The position numbers and the translations under genes were made by a program. A stretch of DNA of 64,000 nucleotides from contig CAWBPT010000037.1 of the NCBI GenBank assembly GCA_963790655.1, positions 642-64,641 on the forward strand, given 5' to 3'. The stretch comes from an uncultured delta proteobacterium. GTDB taxonomy: Bacteria; Desulfobacterota; Desulfobaccia; Desulfobaccales; 0-14-0-80-60-11. Below are positions 59,023-64,000 of this stretch, piece after piece. The notes beneath the pieces are model-generated. The model was not told the DNA's origin and ran no database searches. It saw only the letters and a list, made by a program, of their open reading frames with translations. How positions within the stretch are numbered: position 1 is the first letter of the stretch; every line of letters starts with the position of its first letter.

Positions 59023-59868
59023 TTAAGCCTTTCTTTCCCGCAGGAGGACGCGGGCCAAAATGGTGATGAACAGCACCCCGGCAGTAATGAGCAGAGAGGC
59101 GCCCCAGGCCTTCTCCTGCCAGTCGGGGTAGGGGCTCATGGCATAGTTGAAGATGGTGACCGTGAGATTGGGCGTAGGCTCGGCCAGGGATTTGAACCAG
59201 TAAGGGCTGTTTAAGGCCGTGAACAACAGGGGCGCGGTCTCGCCGCTGACCCGGGCCACGGCCAGGAGGACCCCGGTGATGAGCCCGGCCTTGGCGGCCC
59301 GGAAGACCACGGCTATGGTCACCTTCCAGCGGGGGGCGCCCAGGGCCAGGGCCGACTCCCTGAGGGTGTTGGGCACGAGCCGCAGCATGTCCTCGGTGGT
59401 GCGGGTGATGATGGGAACCATGAGAATGGCCAGGGCCAGGGCCCCGGCATAACCGGAAAAGTTTCCCAGGGGCACCACCACCAGGGTGTAGGCGAAGACG
59501 CCCACGATGATGGAGGGCATGCCCATGAGCACGTTGGCTGAGAAGCGGCTGTAGTCGGCCACCTTGGAATCCTCGCTGAACTCGGCCAAGTAGATGCCGG
59601 CCAGCAAGCCGACGGGCACGGACAGGAGAGAGGCTGACAGGGTAAGAGCCAGGGTGCCCGCGATGGCGTTCGCCATGCCGCCCCCCAGAATCCCCGGCGG
59701 GGACGGCAGATGGGTGAAGAAGTCCAGGTTCAAAGCGGCCAGCCCCCGGCTCACCACCCCCCAGCTGATCCAGAAGAGCATGAAAATGCCAATGATGGCG
59801 GAGACGACGGCCCAAATGCTCACCACCAGGTTCATGACCTTGCGCCCGGTGGGGGGGCGAAGCTTCAT
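59023..59868 (-). CDS. pstA: Phosphate ABC transporter permease PstA
   Basis: Six-TM permease with the EAA-like loop ESALALGA.RW. It has a 4-nt overlap with pstC. Confidence 0.85.
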   Translation of the reverse strand: MKLRPPTGRKVMNLVVSIWAVVSAIIGIFMLFWISWGVVSRGLAALNLDFFTHLPSPPGILGGGMANAIAGTLALTLSASLLSVPVGLLAGIYLAEFSEDSKVADYSRFSANVLMGMPSIIVGVFAYTLVVVPLGNFSGYAGALALAILMVPIITRTTEDMLRLVPNTLRESALALGAPRWKVTIAVVFRAAKAGLITGVLLAVARVSGETAPLLFTALNSPYWFKSLAEPTPNLTVTIFNYAMSPYPDWQEKAWGASLLITAGVLFITILARVLLRERKA

Positions 59869-60872
59869 AGGCCCACGCTCCAGGCCCGGTACATGCGGCG
59901 CAGCATCATCTGTGACACCACCTGCACCAGGTAGGTGATGAGGTAGAGCACCAGGCCCAGGGCCACCAGGGAGCTGATATAAAGCGGCTCGGTGGCTTCG
60001 CTGAACTCATTGGCCAGGGTGGAGGCGATGGTATTCCCGGGGGCGAACAGCGACGCCGAAATGCGGTGGGCGTTGCCGATGACGAAGGTGACCGCCATGG
60101 TCTCCCCCAGGGCCCGGCCCAGGCCCAGGAATATGGCGCCGATGATGCCCACCAGACCATAGGGGATGGTCACTTTATAGGTGACCTCCCAAGTAGTGGC
60201 CCCCATGCCGAAGGCCGACTCTTTGACGACGCTGGGGACCAGGGAAAAGACGTCCCGGGTGATGGCGCTGATGAACGGCAGCACCATGAACGCCAGGATA
60301 ATCCCGGCGGTCAGCATGCCGATGCCCATAGGCGGCCCCTTAAAGAGGGGAAGAAACCCCAGGGTGCTCCCCAGGAGCGGCTGCACGTGGGCGGCCATGA
60401 AGGGCGCGAAGACAAAGAGGCCCCACATGCCGTAAATGATGCTGGGAATCGCGGCCAAAAGCTCGATCAACGTGCCCACGGTCCGGCTAACCTTGGGGGG
60501 GGCCAGCTCCACCAGAAAGAGGGCGATGGCCAGGCTCAGGGGCAGGGCGATGGCCATGGCGACCAGGGTAGAGACCAGCGTCCCATAGACAGAACTGCCG
60601 GCCCCAAACTCCTGGGTTACCGGGTTCCAATCCTGGGAAATCAGAAAGCCCAGGCCGAACTTCTTGATGGCGGGGTAGGATGAGACGATGAGATCAAGCC
60701 CGATGGCCAGCATGATGATGGGCACGAGCAAGGCGCAGACGGCGGTGAGCCAGCGGAACGTCCGGTCGCCCCGGGCAGTCGCGGGCGTCGCCCGCACTTC
60801 CGGCTCGGGGGCAGGGGCCTCAGGCAGAGGGAATTCTTCGGCCGAATTTTTTAAGGCCACGACTTTTTTCAT
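59865..60872 (-). CDS. pstC: Phosphate ABC transporter permease PstC
   Basis: Permease with ESAFGMGATTWE, located between pstS and pstA. Confidence 0.85.
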   Translation of the reverse strand: MKKVVALKNSAEEFPLPEAPAPEPEVRATPATARGDRTFRWLTAVCALLVPIIMLAIGLDLIVSSYPAIKKFGLGFLISQDWNPVTQEFGAGSSVYGTLVSTLVAMAIALPLSLAIALFLVELAPPKVSRTVGTLIELLAAIPSIIYGMWGLFVFAPFMAAHVQPLLGSTLGFLPLFKGPPMGIGMLTAGIILAFMVLPFISAITRDVFSLVPSVVKESAFGMGATTWEVTYKVTIPYGLVGIIGAIFLGLGRALGETMAVTFVIGNAHRISASLFAPGNTIASTLANEFSEATEPLYISSLVALGLVLYLITYLVQVVSQMMLRRMYRAWSVGL

Positions 60873-60942
60873 GGGATGAAATCAATGCGCGAAGAGCCAG
60901 GATGGCCTGACTCTTCGCGCTGGTTGGCAAAGAGAACAGCAG

Positions 60943-61992
60943 TTACGGCCAGAGGGGCTTGCCGCCGGACTTCACTTCTTTCCAGGACTCCTCGACGAGC
61001 TGCACCACGTTATCGGGGAGGGGTACGTAATGGAGTTGCTTGGCCATGTCCGCCCCGTGTTTGTAGGACCAGTCGAAAAATTTGAAGATCTCCTGGCCCG
61101 TTTTGGCTTTGGCATACTCCTTGTACATCAGGATGTAGGTGGCGCCCACGATGGGCCAGCTCTTCTCACCGGGTTGGTTGATGAGCATAAGGGAGAAGCC
61201 CTTGGGGGCCTTGGACCAGTCGGCGTTGGCGGCGGCGGCCTGGAAGGTGTCCAGGTCGGCCTGCACCACTTTGCCGGCCTTGTTACTAAGGGAAGCATAG
61301 GGCATCTTGTTTTGGAAGGCGTAAGCGTATTCCACGTAGCCGATGGCGCCCTTCACCGCCTTCACCTGTCCGGCCACGCCCTCGTTGCCCTTGCCGCCGA
61401 TGCTGTTTTCCGCGGGCCACTTCACCGCTTTGCCGGCCCCCACCTTGCTCTTAAACTCAGGGGAAACCGCGGCCAGATAACTGGTAAAGATAAAAGTGGT
61501 GCCGGAGCCGTCGGTGCGGTGCGCCACGGTAATGGCCTGGGAGGGTAGCTTGAGGTTGGGATTGAGCTTTTTGATGGCCGGGTCGTCCCACTTGTTGACG
61601 ATGCCCATAAAAATGTGGGCCAGGGTGATGCCGTCCAGCGTCAGATCTCCGGCCTTGATTCCCTCCACGTTGAAGACCGGCACCACGCCGCCCATAACGG
61701 TGGGAAACTGAATCAAGCCGCCGGCGTCCAGGTCCTCGGGCTTGAGTGGTTCGTCGGTACCGCCGAAGTCCACGGTTTTAGCCTTAACTTGGGCAATGCC
61801 GCCGCCGGAGCCGATGGATTGATAGTTAATCTTTACTCCGGTGGTTTGATTGTATTTGTGGGCCCACTGGCCATAAATGGGGTAAGGGAAAGAGGCCCCG
61901 GCCCCGTTGAGGGCTACGTCCTCAGCCTGTGCCCAACTACCCAGGGAAAAGATAATAATCAGTGCAAAGAAAAACCACCATGCTTTCCTCAT
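60943..61992 (-). CDS. pstS: Phosphate-binding protein PstS
   Basis: Signal peptide, then GAGASFPYP.Y..WA..Y......INYQSIGSGGG and the TDGSGTTF motif. Confidence 0.9.
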   Translation of the reverse strand: MRKAWWFFFALIIIFSLGSWAQAEDVALNGAGASFPYPIYGQWAHKYNQTTGVKINYQSIGSGGGIAQVKAKTVDFGGTDEPLKPEDLDAGGLIQFPTVMGGVVPVFNVEGIKAGDLTLDGITLAHIFMGIVNKWDDPAIKKLNPNLKLPSQAITVAHRTDGSGTTFIFTSYLAAVSPEFKSKVGAGKAVKWPAENSIGGKGNEGVAGQVKAVKGAIGYVEYAYAFQNKMPYASLSNKAGKVVQADLDTFQAAAANADWSKAPKGFSLMLINQPGEKSWPIVGATYILMYKEYAKAKTGQEIFKFFDWSYKHGADMAKQLHYVPLPDNVVQLVEESWKEVKSGGKPLWP

Positions 61993-62022
61993 TTTTAGAC
62001 TCCTTCAGTTAGAGATCGTTCA

Positions 62023-62059
62023 TGTGAGACATAGTGCTTGATTGTTAAGATATGGTTAG
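62023..62059 (-). promoter_or_regulatory. Possible Pho-box-like direct repeats upstream of pstS
   Basis: On the minus strand, CTAACC and TTAACA are phased 11 bp apart, with CTCACA 20 bp further on. They lie in the 109-nt phoR-pstS gap. This is a by-eye match only. Confidence 0.25.
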
Positions 62060-62101
62060 CGGGAGGTAAAAAATATATGAATTGGTAGAAATCAGGACTT
62101 T

Positions 62102-63880
62102 TTAATCGGCGAGAAGGTGCAAAGAGAAGATGCTTCCCTGTCCCGGGGTGCTTTCCACCGTCACCCGGCCGCCCAGGGCCTGGGCGATATGCTTGACGAT
62201 GGCCAGGCCCAGGCCGGTGCCGCCGATCTTGCGGCTGCGGCCGGCGTCGACCCGGTAGAAGCGCTCAAAGATCCGGGAGAGCTGATTCTTTTCGATGCCG
62301 CAACCCTGATCCCGGACCCGGACCATGACCTCGGCGCCGTCCCGTTGAGCTTCCACCTGCACGGCGCTTTCCGGGGCACTGTATTTGATGGCGTTGTCAA
62401 TCAGGTTGACCAGGGCCTGCTCCAGGAGAGGCGCACTGATTCGGGCCCGGAGTTCATCGGGGCAAGTCAGGTTGACGGTAATATTTTTAGCTGCCGCCTT
62501 GGCTTCACAAATATGGATGGCCCCCTCCAGTACCCCCCTGATCTTCCCGGTGGTCAAGAAGACCCTTCCCTGTTCCGCATCCTGTTCGATCCTGGAAAGG
62601 CTGAGCAGATCGTCGATAATCTCATTGATGCGGTCGGTCTGCCTCGCCATTATCTGTAGGAAGCTCTGAGCATTTTCAGGTTCATTAATCGCGCCGGCCA
62701 ATAAGGTCTCCACAAACCCTTTGATGGAGGTGATGGGGGTTTTAAGTTCATGGGACACATTGGCCACGAAATCCCGCCGGGCCATCTCCAGCCGCCTGAG
62801 GTGGGTGACATCGTGCAGCACGATTAAAAAGCCGATATCCATACCCTGAGTATCCCTCAGGAAGGTGCCGTGAGCCTGAATAATCTGTTCGCCATTACGC
62901 ATGACCACTTCACCCTCAATGGGCTCCCGGGAGGATAGGGTGCGGGTGATGAAGCTTTGTAACTGGGAGTCTCGCACCAACTCCTGGATACCGAGGTTTG
63001 GCGCGGCCACGAGATCTACCCCGAGTAACTGCGCGCCCGCCCGGTTCAGAGTAATAAGGCGCTGGTCGGCGTCCACCGCGATGACCCCTTCCACCATACT
63101 GGATAAGATCGCCTCTTGCATCTGCCCCTGCCGGATGAGGGCGCTGATGCGGTCTTCCAGTTGTTCGGCCATGTGATTGAACGCCTCGGCCAGGCTCCCC
63201 AACTCATCCGAGGGGGGCACCGGCAGCCTCCGGCTCAAGTCTCCCCCGGCAAAGCGCAGGGCGCCCCGCTTCAGATCTTCCAGGGGTCGGCTGATACGTT
63301 GGGAGATGATGAGACTCAAGACCGCCAGTAACAGGACAATGACCAACCCTCCCAGGGTCGTCTTCAGGTAGAGGGCTTGGAGGGCCTGGGCAATAGAGGT
63401 CATGGGGAGGGAAGCCCGCACAACCCCCACAATCCGGTCCTGATCTTTCAAGGGGACGGCAACGTACATCCGGTCATGGCTCAGGGTGAAACTGAATCGG
63501 CTGGAGATGCCCACCCGGCCCTGGAGCGCCTCTTGAAACTCCGGACGGTCTCCATGATTATCCATCCGGGAGGGGTCCTCCTCGGAGTCACCCATAACCT
63601 TCCCGGACGGCAGGATCACGGTGAGACGGGTGGAGGTGAGTTTTCCCAAGTCCTTGCACAACCGGTCTATCCCAGGCTCATCCTTGGGCGAGGCTTTATC
63701 CTGCAAATAAGTCTGCACCAGGAGGGCGCGGGTTTTCAGGTCGGAGGCGGTTTGGTCCAGGTAAAACTGGCGCCAGGAGGTGGTAGCATACCAGGTGACC
63801 GCCACCAGGGAAACGATGGTGATCAAGAGGTAGGAGGGGAACAACTGCCACAGCAGGCGTTTCCTTTTTTTCATGGTCAT
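62102..63880 (-). CDS. phoR: Phosphate-regulon-type sensor histidine kinase (TM-HAMP-PAS-HisKA-HATPase)
   Basis: H box FVANVSHELKTPITSIKGF, plus N/G boxes (NLIDNAIKYS, DQGCGI, GGTGLGLAIVKH). It is located between phoB and pstS. Confidence 0.8.
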   Translation of the reverse strand: MTMKKRKRLLWQLFPSYLLITIVSLVAVTWYATTSWRQFYLDQTASDLKTRALLVQTYLQDKASPKDEPGIDRLCKDLGKLTSTRLTVILPSGKVMGDSEEDPSRMDNHGDRPEFQEALQGRVGISSRFSFTLSHDRMYVAVPLKDQDRIVGVVRASLPMTSIAQALQALYLKTTLGGLVIVLLLAVLSLIISQRISRPLEDLKRGALRFAGGDLSRRLPVPPSDELGSLAEAFNHMAEQLEDRISALIRQGQMQEAILSSMVEGVIAVDADQRLITLNRAGAQLLGVDLVAAPNLGIQELVRDSQLQSFITRTLSSREPIEGEVVMRNGEQIIQAHGTFLRDTQGMDIGFLIVLHDVTHLRRLEMARRDFVANVSHELKTPITSIKGFVETLLAGAINEPENAQSFLQIMARQTDRINEIIDDLLSLSRIEQDAEQGRVFLTTGKIRGVLEGAIHICEAKAAAKNITVNLTCPDELRARISAPLLEQALVNLIDNAIKYSAPESAVQVEAQRDGAEVMVRVRDQGCGIEKNQLSRIFERFYRVDAGRSRKIGGTGLGLAIVKHIAQALGGRVTVESTPGQGSIFSLHLLAD

Positions 63881-64000
63881 TCCTTCAAGCGGTAGCCCAC
63901 GCCCCGCACCGTTTCCAGATACTTGCCGTAAGGTCCCAGTTTCTTCCGCAGGCTGACGACCTGTACGTCCACGGACCGGTCGGAGACGGGATAGTCATCG
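63877..64000 (-). CDS. phoB: OmpR/PhoB-family response regulator, C-terminal end only (gene continues beyond the window)
   Basis: The reverse translation ends ..SVDVQVVSLRKKLGPYGKYLETVRGVGYRLKE*, a winged-helix tail. Its TGA overlaps the phoR ATG (ATGA). Confidence 0.75.
   Translation of the reverse strand, partial: DDYPVSDRSVDVQVVSLRKKLGPYGKYLETVRGVGYRLKE

Overview
High-GC bacterial chromosome segment with no rRNA, tRNA, CRISPR or obvious transposase genes. Gene content (MetF/MetV/HdrA/MvhD, sigma-54 regulators, selenocysteine use) suggests an anaerobic Desulfobacterota-like organism; this taxonomic call is inference only. There are four blocks. (1) 1-2 kb: a Pro/Ala-rich LytR_C-like protein and a TPR lipoprotein. 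(2) 2.3-10.4 kb, + strand: a methylene-THF reductase module (MetF paralogue, a 1487-aa HdrA/GltD-like fusion, MvhD, MetV, MetF). Here mvhD is truncated in the ORF track; it really starts at 8376 and reads through an in-frame TGA at 8421, a probable selenocysteine. (3) 10.6-24.9 kb: signalling and housekeeping genes (CheY-like receiver, ACT-repeat protein, PAS histidine kinase, hybrid kinase, sigma-54 activator, DUF169, Zn-ADH, pcm, radical SAM, LMW-PTP, RRM protein, cold-shock protein). (4) 25.2-56.6 kb: a roughly 31-kb array of surface-glycan genes, all on the minus strand. It is headed by a NusG paralogue, then Wza and a Wzc BY-kinase, and contains many glycosyltransferases and methyltransferases, AsnB, a deacetylase, a formyltransferase, a split transketolase, two aminotransferases, an SQD1-type UDP-sulfoquinovose synthase and a CapD-like dehydratase. 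Four genes in this array (priming sugar transferase, Wzx flippase, GT9, one SDR epimerase) carry eight single-base frame disruptions in total, all of the same sign. At least one clearly AT-rich insert lies inside the array. The window ends with phoB(partial)-phoR-pstSCAB-pstB on the minus strand. Several families of short G/C-run palindromic repeats sit in intergenic gaps. I did not see a recognisable defence or toxin system. The most notable items are the Sec recoding, the HdrA fusion module, the sulfoquinovose/transketolase glycan chemistry, the clustered frameshifts and the repeat families.
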